This document shows, in pieces, positions 1-11,203 of a DNA stretch of 64,000 bases. A model generated the notes under the pieces. It searched no databases. It was not told where the DNA came from and was given only the letters and a program-made list of their open reading frames with translations. The position numbers were made by a program, and so were the translations under genes. This stretch comes from an uncultured Candidatus Actinomarina sp. (lineage in GTDB: Bacteria; Actinomycetota; Acidimicrobiia; Actinomarinales; Actinomarinaceae), in contig CACASI010000001.1 in assembly GCA_902535055.1 (NCBI GenBank), positions 53,427 to 117,426 of the forward strand. Direction: 5' to 3'. The first letter of the stretch is position 1. Each line of letters opens with the position of its first letter.

Positions 1-1884
1 TTCACCTATGTTGACTACTCTTACGTCGTCTTCATATTTATCCCCAAAAAAAGCTAATGCACCTTCTTTTTTTGCATCATTTATATTCATTACTTTTGTA
101 GAAACATCTAAATCTTGAAATACATTTTTGTTACTTAATGAAAATATTTCAGATAATTGTTCTGAGGACACTTTCTCAGAGTGACTAAAGTCGAATCTAA
201 ATCTTCCTGGTGCAACATATGAACCCGCTTGTGCGACATGATCTCCAAGAATTTCTCTGAGAGAAGAATGAACAATATGTGCAGATGTATGACTTTTAGA
301 GACAGACCTTCTAAATGAATCATCTACTACTGATTCAATCTTTTCTCCTGTGGAAATATTTAAGCTTTTATTTATTTTTAAGCCTATTGCTCCAGAATTT
401 GTTTGTATTACTTCATCTACTTGGTATTCATTATTTTCATATATAATTTTACCTTTATCAGATATTTGACCTCCAGCTTCGTAATAGAATGGGTTTTTTT
501 CCATAAAAATAGTTGTAGATAATTCATCCACACTAACCATCAATACATTACTGATAGTCCTTGTTTCTTCATATCCTGTAAAAATATTGCAATCAACGTC
601 AAAATTAGAACTTTCAGTAGCTTCTTTCTTAAATGAACTAGATTTAGTCTGATGTTCTTCAAATTTTTTCATATATTTACTATCTTCTAGTGTAATACCA
701 TTCTCAAGTGCTATTTCTTTTGTTAATTCATATGGAAACCCAAATGTTTCAAATAAGAAAAAAGCTTTATCTTCGTTAAAAGATTTTTTATCTTTAATTA
801 ACTTTTGAATTTCGATTGTCCCTTTTTCTAATGTTTTATGGAATAATTTTTCCTCAGTTAAATAAAGTTTTAATATCTTGTCTTTATTCTTTAATAAATC
901 AGGATATTGATCAGTGTATATATCAATTATCGGGCTAATTAAAAACTCTAAGCTTTCAATATTGGTTGTTAAGCCATAAAAAGCCCTAATGGCTCTCCTG
1001 ATTAATCGACGTAAAATATAACCTCTTCCTTCATTTGTAGGTACAACTCCATCAGATAACATAAAAGTAGACGCCTTCATATGATCTAATACAATTCTTT
1101 CAAATTTAGAATTTTCATTTTTAATTTTTGGTTTCAAAAGGTCATATATTGGTAGAAATGTATCAATTTCGAAAGGAGAATTTTTATCCTGTAGAACCAT
1201 AGCAATTCTTTCAAGACCCATCCCCGTATCAATATTTTTTGCTGGGAGTTCACCTATTACGTTATATGGTTCATCTTGTATTGACTCCATAAAGACTAGA
1301 TTCCAAATCTCTATAAATCTATCTTCCCCACCACCAATAGGTCCACCGTCATCACCATATTGCTCACCTCTATCAATAAATATTTCAGAACACGGACCAC
1401 AGGGTCCAGGTATATTCATTTGCCAGAAATTATCTTTATCTCCTCTTTGGATTTTTTCCTCAGGAACACCTATAACGTTTTTCCATATATTAAATGACTC
1501 ATCATCATCTTTATATACCGTAAACCACAAATCTTCTGGATTTATTTTCAAAACTTCTGTAATAAATTTATATGCATGTTTTATTGCATCTTCTTTAAAA
1601 TATTCACCAATACTAAAGTTTCCTAACATTTCGAAAAAAGTTAAATGTCTATCTGTATCTCCAATTATGTCAATATCAACAGTTCTTATGCATTTTTGAG
1701 AGGATACTAAGTTATTACTTGGCGGTTTTGCATTACCAAGAAAATAATCTTTAAACGGTACCATACCAGCAGCTGTGAAAAGCAATGTATCATCAATTGG
1801 TATTAGTGAAGCAGACGGCATGATTTTATGATCTGAATTTTTAAAATAGTCTAAAAAGGCGTTTCTTATCTCATTACTCTTCAT
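1..1884 (-). CDS. alaS: alanyl-tRNA synthetase, N-terminal ~628 aa; the C-terminus runs off the window start
   Basis: Minus-strand ATG at 1884-1882 gives MKSNEIRNAFLDYFKNSDHKIMPSASLIPIDDTLLFTAAGMVPFKDYF, which is the conserved AlaS N-terminus (DPTLLFTNAGM..FK). The frame stays open to position 1. It is absent from the ORF track because it is partial. It overlaps the aspS stop by about 11 nt. Confidence 0.8.
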   Translation of the reverse strand, partial: MKSNEIRNAFLDYFKNSDHKIMPSASLIPIDDTLLFTAAGMVPFKDYFLGNAKPPSNNLVSSQKCIRTVDIDIIGDTDRHLTFFEMLGNFSIGEYFKEDAIKHAYKFITEVLKINPEDLWFTVYKDDDESFNIWKNVIGVPEEKIQRGDKDNFWQMNIPGPCGPCSEIFIDRGEQYGDDGGPIGGGEDRFIEIWNLVFMESIQDEPYNVIGELPAKNIDTGMGLERIAMVLQDKNSPFEIDTFLPIYDLLKPKIKNENSKFERIVLDHMKASTFMLSDGVVPTNEGRGYILRRLIRRAIRAFYGLTTNIESLEFLISPIIDIYTDQYPDLLKNKDKILKLYLTEEKLFHKTLEKGTIEIQKLIKDKKSFNEDKAFFLFETFGFPYELTKEIALENGITLEDSKYMKKFEEHQTKSSSFKKEATESSNFDVDCNIFTGYEETRTISNVLMVSVDELSTTIFMEKNPFYYEAGGQISDKGKIIYENNEYQVDEVIQTNSGAIGLKINKSLNISTGEKIESVVDDSFRRSVSKSHTSAHIVHSSLREILGDHVAQAGSYVAPGRFRFDFSHSEKVSSEQLSEIFSLSNKNVFQDLDVSTKVMNINDAKKEGALAFFGDKYEDDVRVVNIGE

Positions 1885-3574
1885 TAATTTCCTCAATATA
1901 TTTTAAATTATATTCAGTAAGTTCATTTTCAGAGATAACACTTGGTGCACCAGTTAAAGGATCTAAACCTGATTGAGTTTTCGGGAAAGGAATTACATCT
2001 CTTATTGACTCGGTATTTAACATAACAGCGACAAATCTGTCTATGCCTAGTGCTATTCCTGCATGTTGTGGAGTGCCATAAGATAGAGCTTCTATAAACC
2101 ATCCAAACCTATTTTTAATATCGCTATCTGACAAACCCCACATTTCGAGTACTTTAGTTTGAATAGATGGATCATTAATTCTTTGTGAACCCGAACCTAG
2201 TTCAGATCCATTAAGGACTAAGTCATAATGTAATGCCTTTGAAGAAGTAGGATCATTTACAAAGCTATCAACATCTTTTGGTGATGTAAAGGGGTGATGT
2301 GATGGTTGTATTTCCCCATCTTCTGTTTCAAAATAAGGAAAGTCGTAAATCCATAAAAAATTTAAAGTATCATCAGGTTTGAATATTGACCTTCTTAAAA
2401 TATCAAGTATTGGATATATTTCTTTTGTTCCTGATTGAAAAATGAGCATTCCTTCACCAAGTTTTAATATATTATTTTTTTCATCATCGCTAATAATTTT
2501 AGATAAAGGACCACTAACTTCATTATTTTCGATCTTGAACCAACCAAGACCATTGCTACCACTGTCTTTTACTATTTCATCTAATTCATCTATTTGTGAT
2601 CTAGATAAAATATCTTCTGTAACAAATCCTTTTACAAATCCATTATTTTCTATTGCTGACTTAATAAATTTAATTTCAGTTTTTTTAAATATATTTGTAA
2701 AGTCTTTAATTGTACTTTTTATTCTTAGATCAGGCTTATCTGTACCATATGTATTTATAGCTTCATCATATGTCATTTCAATAAAAGGTATTTCTACTTC
2801 TAATTCAAAAACGTCTGTTAAAAGATTTTTTACAATAGATTCAGTAATTTCCCTTACTATTTCAGGCGATCCATTTGATATTTCTAAATCAAGTTGAGTA
2901 AACTCTGGCTGTCTATCTTTTCTAGAATCTTCATCTCTATAACACTTAGCAATTTGATAGTATTTATCAAAACCTGACACCATGAATAATTGTTTATACA
3001 TTTGAGGTGACTGGGGCAATGCGTAGAAGGCCCCTTTTTGTTTTCGTGATGGGACAAGAAAGTCTTTGGCACCTTCTGGGGTTGATTTAGTTAATGTTGG
3101 GGTGTCAAGTTCAAGGAATCCTAATTCGTTCATTGATTCTCGTATAGATCTAAACGTTTTAGATCGAGTAATAATATTTTTTTTCATATCTTCTCGTCTT
3201 AAATCAAGATATCGATACTTAAGTCGTATATTTTCATCTGTATCAAGTGAGTCATCTAATTGAAATGGCAAAGTATTACTTTTTGAAAGAATACTAAAAT
3301 TTTTAACATTTATTTCAAATTCACCTAATGGTTGTGAATCATTTATCATTTCCGGATCTCTTTTAATAAATAATCCGTCAATTGATATATAGTATTCTGA
3401 TTTAAATGTGTCTAAATCAACCTTTTCAGCGTCTAAGACTAATTGAATTCTTGAATCTGTGTCTCTTAATTCTATAAATATAAGATTTCCATGATCACGA
3501 ACGCTACTTACCCAACCCATTAAGTTGGTAACTTCACTGTTCGTGTCTTTATTTTTTAACTCTGATATGTTCAT
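1874..3574 (-). CDS. aspS: aspartyl-tRNA synthetase
   Basis: 566 aa with an N-terminal OB-fold anticodon-binding region, class II aaRS core motifs (FRDED-like CYRDED, GGIALGIDR) and an insertion domain. The length is typical of bacterial AspS. Confidence 0.9.
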   Translation of the reverse strand: MNISELKNKDTNSEVTNLMGWVSSVRDHGNLIFIELRDTDSRIQLVLDAEKVDLDTFKSEYYISIDGLFIKRDPEMINDSQPLGEFEINVKNFSILSKSNTLPFQLDDSLDTDENIRLKYRYLDLRREDMKKNIITRSKTFRSIRESMNELGFLELDTPTLTKSTPEGAKDFLVPSRKQKGAFYALPQSPQMYKQLFMVSGFDKYYQIAKCYRDEDSRKDRQPEFTQLDLEISNGSPEIVREITESIVKNLLTDVFELEVEIPFIEMTYDEAINTYGTDKPDLRIKSTIKDFTNIFKKTEIKFIKSAIENNGFVKGFVTEDILSRSQIDELDEIVKDSGSNGLGWFKIENNEVSGPLSKIISDDEKNNILKLGEGMLIFQSGTKEIYPILDILRRSIFKPDDTLNFLWIYDFPYFETEDGEIQPSHHPFTSPKDVDSFVNDPTSSKALHYDLVLNGSELGSGSQRINDPSIQTKVLEMWGLSDSDIKNRFGWFIEALSYGTPQHAGIALGIDRFVAVMLNTESIRDVIPFPKTQSGLDPLTGAPSVISENELTEYNLKYIEEINEE

Positions 3575-4743
3575 AATAATTTTCGTAAGTTACTTATATT
3601 AAACTTGATAGATTCGTTATTGTTTATATTCTTAATAGTATTTTCAGAACAATTTATAACATAGTCAACATTGTTTTTGATAGCTTCTTTGTATTGAGTA
3701 TTTTCTTTACTGTCTCTAACTGGTAATAAATAATTTATTCCAGCTTTATCTAATCTAGAACTAACTAGAGTCAAATCAGACAAATTTTGAGCTATCAACA
3801 TAACTTTTGTTTTAGAAGGAATAGATCTTATAGTATTTATTAATCTATCAACTCCAAATGCTACACCTATCCCTGATAATTTTCCTAATCCAAGAATTTC
3901 TGAAAGACTGTCATACCTACCACCACCGCCTACAACTGTTCCATTAGCTACAAACTCAAAAGTTAAATCATTGTAATAATCTAATCCCCTAACTAGTTTT
4001 GGATTTTCAACAAAATCTATACTGTTCGTTTTCAATTGTTTTTTAAAAGTTTCATATAGGGATAATGTTTCATTACTAAGAAAGTCATAAATAACTGGTG
4101 CTAAATCGATGATTTGATTATCAAACGGATCATTTGAATCAAGAATTCTTAAAGTATTTTTTCCAATTTTATCTACACTTTCTTTGGATAGTTCTCTTTT
4201 ATTTTTACTGAAATACTTATCTAGTTCTCTTATATATTTTTCACGTTCTTCTTTAGTTCCAATTGTGTTGAGATTTAATTTCGACTTTATGTTTAATAAT
4301 GACAAAAATCTTATTGAAGATTTCAGTATTTGTAAGTTCGAGTATTCATCAATCGTGCCAACTATTTCTGCTCCAGCCTGTATGAATTCTCTGTATCGAT
4401 TTTTTTGAGGATTTTCATACCTAAACATTTTTCCAAAATATGAATATTTTTTTGATTCATTCTTAAAAAATTCGTTATGAAATCTAACTACACTTGCCGT
4501 TGCTTCTGGTCTTAAAACAAGATCTCTATTACCTTTATCTTTAAATTCATACATTTGTTTTGTAACAATTTCAGAATTTTCACCGATAGACTTATTAAAT
4601 AATTCTTTATATTCAATTGTTGGTAATTCTATTAAATCATATCCATAGGTGTTAAAGGACTTACGGAATATATCATAAATATATAGATATTTTTCAGCCT
4701 CTAGCCCGTAAAGGTTTCTTGTACCTTTTACTTGTTCAATCAT
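3571..4743 (-). CDS. hisS: histidyl-tRNA synthetase
   Basis: Class II aaRS with the HisS signature GGGRYD (VVGGGGRYDSL) and a C-terminal anticodon-binding domain. It has a 4-nt overlap with aspS. Confidence 0.85.
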   Translation of the reverse strand: MIEQVKGTRNLYGLEAEKYLYIYDIFRKSFNTYGYDLIELPTIEYKELFNKSIGENSEIVTKQMYEFKDKGNRDLVLRPEATASVVRFHNEFFKNESKKYSYFGKMFRYENPQKNRYREFIQAGAEIVGTIDEYSNLQILKSSIRFLSLLNIKSKLNLNTIGTKEEREKYIRELDKYFSKNKRELSKESVDKIGKNTLRILDSNDPFDNQIIDLAPVIYDFLSNETLSLYETFKKQLKTNSIDFVENPKLVRGLDYYNDLTFEFVANGTVVGGGGRYDSLSEILGLGKLSGIGVAFGVDRLINTIRSIPSKTKVMLIAQNLSDLTLVSSRLDKAGINYLLPVRDSKENTQYKEAIKNNVDYVINCSENTIKNINNNESIKFNISNLRKLL

Positions 4744-5359
4744 TCAAATATTCTCTTACTAACAAATTGTTATTTTTAATTGATTTTACTGTGTCTTTAT
4801 CTCCGTGTCCGGGATAGACGAGATAATCATTTGGAAACACTGTAAATACACTATTTAATGAATGGATCATTTCACTAGTATTTCCAGAATATAAATCAGT
4901 CCTCCCTATGCCATCTTTAAATACAAAATCCCCAGTAAACACAACACCCATATTTGGAAATTCAAAACTCGTACTACCCTTAGTGTGCCCAGGATTACTG
5001 TGAACTTTTATATCGTTATTTAAATTATCAACAGAAATTAAATCACCTTCATACTTTGATGGATTTAAATTAAGACCTGAAAATCCTTTAAGTTGTTCTT
5101 CAGGATTGCGTGCTAATTGCTCATCATCCAAATTTATATATATAGAACCGTCAAACGCACTCATTCCTAAAGAATGATCAAAGTGACCATGAGTTAAAAG
5201 GGCCCCGCCAATAGTGAAATTTTTTGAGTTAATGTAATTTAATACATCTCCTAAATCTGGAGGTAAATCAATGACATAAGTAATACCATCACTTACATCT
5301 GGTGTTAATACATAACAATTTGATGTTGTGAAACTTGTGTAAGTGTAAATATCGTCCAA
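4736..5359 (-). CDS. MBL-fold metallo-hydrolase (glyoxalase II-like)
   Basis: THGHFDH (HxHxDH) metal-binding motif in a 207 aa protein. Its position between hisS and rel is common in actinobacteria. Confidence 0.7.
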   Translation of the reverse strand: MDDIYTYTSFTTSNCYVLTPDVSDGITYVIDLPPDLGDVLNYINSKNFTIGGALLTHGHFDHSLGMSAFDGSIYINLDDEQLARNPEEQLKGFSGLNLNPSKYEGDLISVDNLNNDIKVHSNPGHTKGSTSFEFPNMGVVFTGDFVFKDGIGRTDLYSGNTSEMIHSLNSVFTVFPNDYLVYPGHGDKDTVKSIKNNNLLVREYLND

Positions 5360-5361
5360 TT

Positions 5362-7521
5362 TTAATTACCTGGATTAACTCTTTGAACATCAAATACATT
5401 TTCAATATTTTTGGCATCAGTAATTATTGAATCGAGTTGTTCATTACCACTTATTTCTACTTGGAATAACAAAGTTACAATACGTTTGCTGTTGGTAAGT
5501 GATTTAGCTACAAGAATATTACCGCCATTATCAGATATTGCTATAGTTGCATCTCTCAGAAGATAAGGCCTATCTATCGCTTCAATTTCTAACCATACTA
5601 TAGAACCAGATTGTGCATTGAATCCCCAGCTAACATCAATAATTCTTTCACCTCTTGAACTATCGATTTTTATATTTAAACAATCAGATCTATGAATAGA
5701 TATACCATTTGAAATCGTAATAAATCCAAGAATATCATCACCAGGAACAGGAACACAACATCTTGCCATACGTACTTTGATATCATCGTATCCTTCGACA
5801 ATTACTAATTTATCGTCTGTTGTCTGGTATTTATCGGGAGACAGAATATCTTCTTCTTCAGTAATTTCTTCAGGAAATACAAATTTACGAATTTTATTAC
5901 CTACATTTGCGATTTTTATATTACCGTTACCAAGATTTTGATAAATCGTTTCATAGTTTGGATATTTTAAAATGTTTAGTAGTTCGATTAAAATTGTTTC
6001 TTTGTCTGAGTAGTTAAAAATTTCATCATTTTCTTCTAGCCATGTATTGAGAATTTGTTTTCCTTTTTGTATATCTTCATCTTTTAGCTGTTTTTGATAC
6101 CATTGTTTAATTTTAGATCTAGCACGAGAGGTTTTAACAAAAGATAACCAATCTCTGCTTGGACCTTTACTATTTTCATTGGTTGTTAATACTTCAATCG
6201 TATCTCCTGTTGATAATGTGGTGCTTAAATTCACTAGTTTTCCATTAATTTTTGCACCAATAAGTTTTTCACCAACTTGAGTATGTACAGAAAATGCAAA
6301 ATCTACAGGTGTTGATCCTTGCGGTAATGTAATTACATCTCCTTTTGGTGTTAAACAAAATACTTCGTCTTCATAAAGATCAAATTTCATGTGATTTAAA
6401 AATTCATTTGGGTCAGGATATTCGGCAGTTAAATCAGATAAATCAGAAGCCCATTTTTGAACGTCATTTTGAGGTTTTTCTTTATATTTCCAGTGAGCAG
6501 CTACCCCATATTCTGCTCTGTAATGCATATCATGAGTTCTAATTTGTATTTCCATTTTTTGACCTGTTTCAGTCAAAACAGTCGTATGAAGACTCTGATA
6601 TAAATTAAATTTGGGCATAGAAATAAAATCTTTAAATCTACCTAATACGGGTTGAAAATTAGCATGTATCAGTCCTAATATTGTGTAACAATTTTTAACA
6701 TCATCCGTAAGTATCCTTAAACCTACTAGGTCATTAATTTCATTAAATGATAATCCATTATTTATTATTTTCTTATAAATTGAATAGTTGTGTTTTGGAC
6801 GTCCAATAACTTCAGCCGATAAAGAATTGTCTGATAAAAGTTTATCGATAACTTTTACAGATTTTTTAATATTTTTATCTCTATTGGGAGCAGATTTCTC
6901 AATTAAACTTTCAATTTCCAAGTTTTGATTTTTATGTAAAAGTCCAAAGGAGACGTCTTCTAATATATGTTTTATATTTTGTAGCCCGAGTCTATGAGCT
7001 AACGGTGCATACACATAAAGTGTTTCACTTGCTATTCGTTCTTGTTTGTGATCTGCCAAATATTTTATTGTTTGAATATTATGGAGTCTATCAGCAAGTT
7101 TTAAGATAAGGACTCTTATGTCTTTAGACATCGCAATTACCATTTTTCTGATAGCTTCAGCTTTTGCTTCTTCGTTTGTGTTGTATTGAATCCTGTCTAG
7201 CTTCGTTACTCCATCTACAATATTTGCTACATCAGATCCAAATTCTTTTTTAATGTTTTTATACGTTATATCAGTATCTTCAATAAGGTCATGTAAAATA
7301 GCAGCAATTATTGTTTCTAAATCCATACTTAAATCTGACAAGTAAAGGGCTACTTGTAAGGGATGAGTAATATATGGTTCACCAGAAGCCCTCTTCTGGT
7401 TCATATGTCCATCGGAAGCAAAATTATATGCTTTTTCTAACAGATCTTTATCATCAATAAATTTTGAACTTAAGTCGTTAAATAGCTCATCAGCACTTAA
7501 GATATCTGGATTTTTAACCAT
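5362..7521 (-). CDS. rel: bifunctional (p)ppGpp synthetase/hydrolase Rel (RelA/SpoT family)
   Basis: 719 aa with an HD hydrolase motif (HDLIEDT), a synthetase domain (GRPKHNYSIYKK..., RILTDD), and TGS and ACT-like C-terminal regions. Confidence 0.9.
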   Translation of the reverse strand: MVKNPDILSADELFNDLSSKFIDDKDLLEKAYNFASDGHMNQKRASGEPYITHPLQVALYLSDLSMDLETIIAAILHDLIEDTDITYKNIKKEFGSDVANIVDGVTKLDRIQYNTNEEAKAEAIRKMVIAMSKDIRVLILKLADRLHNIQTIKYLADHKQERIASETLYVYAPLAHRLGLQNIKHILEDVSFGLLHKNQNLEIESLIEKSAPNRDKNIKKSVKVIDKLLSDNSLSAEVIGRPKHNYSIYKKIINNGLSFNEINDLVGLRILTDDVKNCYTILGLIHANFQPVLGRFKDFISMPKFNLYQSLHTTVLTETGQKMEIQIRTHDMHYRAEYGVAAHWKYKEKPQNDVQKWASDLSDLTAEYPDPNEFLNHMKFDLYEDEVFCLTPKGDVITLPQGSTPVDFAFSVHTQVGEKLIGAKINGKLVNLSTTLSTGDTIEVLTTNENSKGPSRDWLSFVKTSRARSKIKQWYQKQLKDEDIQKGKQILNTWLEENDEIFNYSDKETILIELLNILKYPNYETIYQNLGNGNIKIANVGNKIRKFVFPEEITEEEDILSPDKYQTTDDKLVIVEGYDDIKVRMARCCVPVPGDDILGFITISNGISIHRSDCLNIKIDSSRGERIIDVSWGFNAQSGSIVWLEIEAIDRPYLLRDATIAISDNGGNILVAKSLTNSKRIVTLLFQVEISGNEQLDSIITDAKNIENVFDVQRVNPGN

Positions 7522-7542
7522 AATTTAATGGTAGTAAGTTTT

Positions 7543-8448
7543 TTATTTATTAATTATCTTTGATAAAAATGGAATTGTTACAAATATAGAACTGTAAGTA
7601 CCAGAAATAATTCCAATAAATAATGGTAATGCAAAATCAGTTAACGTACCAGAAAGCCCAATTACATTGCCTAAAAATAATATAGACGCAATTGGTACTG
7701 CTGATGTAATTGATGTGTTGATACTACGCATAAGAATTTCATTGAACGTTTTATTCAATGTTTTGATTGATAAATCTGATTCTTTATTCAATCTTTGACT
7801 ATCTCTTAATTTATCAAACAAAATAACCGTGTCGTAAAGTGAATAACCAAGAATAGTTAATAAGGCGATAACTGTAGATGGCGTTATTTCAAAATTTAAC
7901 AATAGATATATCGAAGTACATATAAATAAGTCATGAAGTAATGCAATAAGTGCGACAATTGAAAACCTAAACTGGAATCTTATAGATATCAATAAAACTA
8001 TAAAAGATAGGAAGATAATCAATGCACGAATACCACTGCTCGTTATTTCTTGACCAAATGTTGGTCCCACTCGTTGAAATTCTATCTCGTTAGCATCTAT
8101 ATCAAATTTATTAGCTAAATAGTTAAGAAACTGGGTTTCTTGTTCTTGTGTACCCTCAACAGCTCTGAACAGTATTGAGTTTGAATTTTCAAAAGTTTGA
8201 TATCTTGAGACTTCTAATATCTCATTGGCTAAAATTTCATCAATATCCGATTTCTCATAATCAGAAGAAAATTGATATGTTGTTCCACCAGTAAAATCTA
8301 CAGAAAAATTTAGGTTTAATAATCCAAATGACGCACTGACAAAAACAATTAAAAAGAAGACAACCTCAATTATTAATACATTCTGTAATAATTTTCTTTT
8401 TTCATAAAAGTTAATTGATGTATTACCTAAAAATAAATTTTTAAACAT
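7543..8448 (-). CDS. secF: protein translocase subunit SecF
   Basis: 301 aa polytopic membrane protein adjacent to secD, with a SecD/SecF C-terminal pattern. Confidence 0.85.
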   Translation of the reverse strand: MFKNLFLGNTSINFYEKRKLLQNVLIIEVVFFLIVFVSASFGLLNLNFSVDFTGGTTYQFSSDYEKSDIDEILANEILEVSRYQTFENSNSILFRAVEGTQEQETQFLNYLANKFDIDANEIEFQRVGPTFGQEITSSGIRALIIFLSFIVLLISIRFQFRFSIVALIALLHDLFICTSIYLLLNFEITPSTVIALLTILGYSLYDTVILFDKLRDSQRLNKESDLSIKTLNKTFNEILMRSINTSITSAVPIASILFLGNVIGLSGTLTDFALPLFIGIISGTYSSIFVTIPFLSKIINK

Positions 8449-9886
8449 TTGTGATGTCCTTATTTTTTATTGGATACATCAATCTTGTATTATTTAATTT
8501 AGCGACAATTACTGGTACAGCGTTCCTTGTATATAGCCTTGTAAATAATAGATCAAAAATCGTAGCAATACCCAACGCTAAAGCAAAACCTCTAATTGGA
8601 CCAACAGCAAGTATATAAAGTAAAAAAGCAGCAGAAAGAGATACAAAATCGGCTGTTAATATAGTTTTCCATGAATCGTCAACTGCCTTATTTGCTGCAA
8701 ATTCAAAAGATCTACCAACTTTTATCTCATCTTTTAGTTTTTCGAATGTAACAATATATGAATCTGCAGCTAACCCGATAGAAACTATTATTCCAGCAAT
8801 ACCGGCCAATGTTAGAGTAAACCCTTGAAATTCACCAAGTAATGAAATTACTGAATAAAATAATAAGCCAAACATTGATAGACCAAATACGGAAACAAAT
8901 CCAAGTAAGCGATAGTAAAGAATAATAATGATAGATATAATAATTAATCCGATTAAACCTGCTTGTAGTCCTAGATTCAAAGTATCCTCACCTAAACTAG
9001 CTGAAACTTTTTGGATTGATGATCTTTCAAATGATACTGGTAATGCACCATAACGAAGAATTACAGCTAAATTGTTAGCTGCTTCACCTGTGTCAGTATT
9101 GCCCATTGAAATAGCAGCTGTTCCACCTGTAATACCAATATCTGGATTAACGTCCAAAGCAATTCCTGGTGCTGATACTATCTCTCCGTCAAGAACAATA
9201 GCTAATCTTCTTCTTTCTCCGATTTCACGTGCTAATTTTTTGGTAAGGTTTGTAAATTTATCCTCTGACTCAGGTTTAAAATCAAGAGATACTATCCATT
9301 CATTTTCAGGATAAACAGCAATTGCATCTTCTATATCGCCACCTGTTAATTCAGCTGGACCTAAATGATAAATAACTGGATATCCTTGGTCTATTGAAAG
9401 TAAGTAAGAATCAAAATTAGGATTATCTGATATTGTTATACCTATTTGTTCATCAACCCCAGGTACAGCTATTTTTGTAGGGTTGTCAGGATCATCTTCA
9501 TTTGGAATATACTGAAATGCCGGAGAATAGCCGGTATCAATAGATGAATCAAGGACGGGTCTAAAAGTCAATAATCCTGTTGCACCTAATGCTTCGATAG
9601 CTCTTTCTTGGTCTGTAACACCAGGAAGCTGAACTAATACTGCACTATTACCACTAATAGAAATCTCAGGTTCTTGCACATCTCCAAAAGCCTCAATCCT
9701 AGTTCTCATTATTTCAACAGCTTTCTGTAAAACTTCAGGATCAGTTTCTTCATCTGCAGTAAGTATTACGGATATGCCACCTTGTAAGTCAAGACCGAGT
9801 TTCGGCGAAAGACTGGTTTGTTGAACATAAATAAATAAACCAATAGCAATGAATGGGAGAAAAAGTAATTTAAAATATCGTTTCAT
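8441..9886 (-). CDS. secD: protein translocase subunit SecD
   Basis: 481 aa with an N-terminal TM helix, a large periplasmic domain and a C-terminal 6-TM bundle. It overlaps secF by 8 nt. Confidence 0.85.
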   Translation of the reverse strand: MKRYFKLLFLPFIAIGLFIYVQQTSLSPKLGLDLQGGISVILTADEETDPEVLQKAVEIMRTRIEAFGDVQEPEISISGNSAVLVQLPGVTDQERAIEALGATGLLTFRPVLDSSIDTGYSPAFQYIPNEDDPDNPTKIAVPGVDEQIGITISDNPNFDSYLLSIDQGYPVIYHLGPAELTGGDIEDAIAVYPENEWIVSLDFKPESEDKFTNLTKKLAREIGERRRLAIVLDGEIVSAPGIALDVNPDIGITGGTAAISMGNTDTGEAANNLAVILRYGALPVSFERSSIQKVSASLGEDTLNLGLQAGLIGLIIISIIIILYYRLLGFVSVFGLSMFGLLFYSVISLLGEFQGFTLTLAGIAGIIVSIGLAADSYIVTFEKLKDEIKVGRSFEFAANKAVDDSWKTILTADFVSLSAAFLLYILAVGPIRGFALALGIATIFDLLFTRLYTRNAVPVIVAKLNNTRLMYPIKNKDITNV

Positions 9887-10134
9887 GAAATATTTTTAAT
9901 ATAAGCTTTTTGAATTTTTATTTCACCTTTTTTAAGAACTAAGGTAACTGTCGTATCTTCTATTGATGTTACACGTCCAAAAACGCCACCATCAGTCAAT
10001 ACGTCATCCCCAATTTTTAAATCTTCTATGAATGCAGCATGTTTCTTAGCTCTTCTTCTTTGTGGTAAATACAGAAGAATATAAAAAACTACAAAAACCA
10101 GAATTATTGGTAATAAATTAATAAATTCATCCAT
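9883..10134 (-). CDS. yajC: preprotein translocase subunit YajC
   Basis: 83 aa with a single TM helix and the YajC C-terminal motif (DGGVFGRVTSIEDTTVTL). It sits in the conserved tgt-yajC-secDF position. Confidence 0.8.
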   Translation of the reverse strand: MDEFINLLPIILVFVVFYILLYLPQRRRAKKHAAFIEDLKIGDDVLTDGGVFGRVTSIEDTTVTLVLKKGEIKIQKAYIKNIS

Positions 10135-11203
10135 TTAAGTATTCCTCTTTAAAACTATCAAAACTTGAGTTTAATATACTATCCCTAGCTTGTTGAATAA
10201 TATTTTCAGTTTGAATTATATTATGAACAGTAAGATAAAGCCATGAAGATGTGGTTTCATTGACAAATAAATGTCTTAAATATGCTTTAGAAAAATTTTT
10301 ACAGACATAACAATTGCAATCTTCATCAAGAGGACTTGTATCTTTTTCATATTTATTATTTTTGATGTTTATATATTGATTTTTAATAATGAGTTTTCCA
10401 TGTCTTGCTAAACGTGCAGGCCATACACAGTCAAACATGTCCACACCAGAATCAATTAGATCTATCAATCCAATTGTGTCACCTAAGCCCATAACATAAC
10501 GAGGTTTATCAACTGGAAGTACATTAGATAAAAATTCAACAACAGATTTCCTTTCTTCTCTTGATTCGCCAATAGCTAATCCACCTATTGCATATCCATC
10601 AAAATTTAGATCAATCATAGATTTTGCAGATTGTTCCCTTAGGTTAAGATTTAATCCACCTTGAACAATACCAAATAAACTTTGTAGTGAATTATTGTGT
10701 GTTTCTTTTGCTATTAATGCCCATTTTTTTGTGATCTCAATCGCTTTTTTTTGTTCTTCATCAGGTTTATCAATGTCGATTAAACAATCAAAAATCATTG
10801 CTATATCACTTCCAAGCAAATTCTGAGTTTTTATCGAATCTTGTGGAGTTAGTTTAAAGTACGATCCGTCATATACGTTTTTAAATTCAACCCCATCATC
10901 ATATAATTTTGTTGGTAATGACCATGCTTGAAAGCCTCCTGAATCAGTAAGAATTAATTTATCCCAATTCATGAATTTATGTAAGCCACCATGATCGCTG
11001 ATTATTTTTGGTCCAGGACGCAAATGTAAATGATACGCATTTGCCAATAAAATAGAAGTTTTATTTAAATATTCGTGAGGTGTTGATTTTATAGTTCCTC
11101 TTGTAGCAACAGGCATGAATGTAGGAGTTTCAACTGTATTTCCATTTAAGGAAAGTAGTCCTGCCCTAGCTTTTTTATCTGTTTTGATTATTTCAAATTT
11201 CAT
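10127..11203 (-). CDS. tgt: queuine tRNA-ribosyltransferase
   Basis: 358 aa TIM-barrel protein with the Tgt zinc-binding motif CxCxxC...H (CNCYVCKNF...HL) and catalytic Asp regions. Confidence 0.9.
   Translation of the reverse strand: MKFEIIKTDKKARAGLLSLNGNTVETPTFMPVATRGTIKSTPHEYLNKTSILLANAYHLHLRPGPKIISDHGGLHKFMNWDKLILTDSGGFQAWSLPTKLYDDGVEFKNVYDGSYFKLTPQDSIKTQNLLGSDIAMIFDCLIDIDKPDEEQKKAIEITKKWALIAKETHNNSLQSLFGIVQGGLNLNLREQSAKSMIDLNFDGYAIGGLAIGESREERKSVVEFLSNVLPVDKPRYVMGLGDTIGLIDLIDSGVDMFDCVWPARLARHGKLIIKNQYINIKNNKYEKDTSPLDEDCNCYVCKNFSKAYLRHLFVNETTSSWLYLTVHNIIQTENIIQQARDSILNSSFDSFKEEYLNG

Noticed and set aside
2442-2897. Numerous antisense or shadow ORFs inside confident genes (for example 2442..2897, 4184..4408, 13896..14420, 28835..29149, 37842..38537, 61070..61630 and 62550..62909)
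   Set aside because: They lie entirely within, and opposite to, well-supported conserved genes. Their products are low-complexity Ser/Leu/Ile-rich sequences typical of AT-rich shadow frames.
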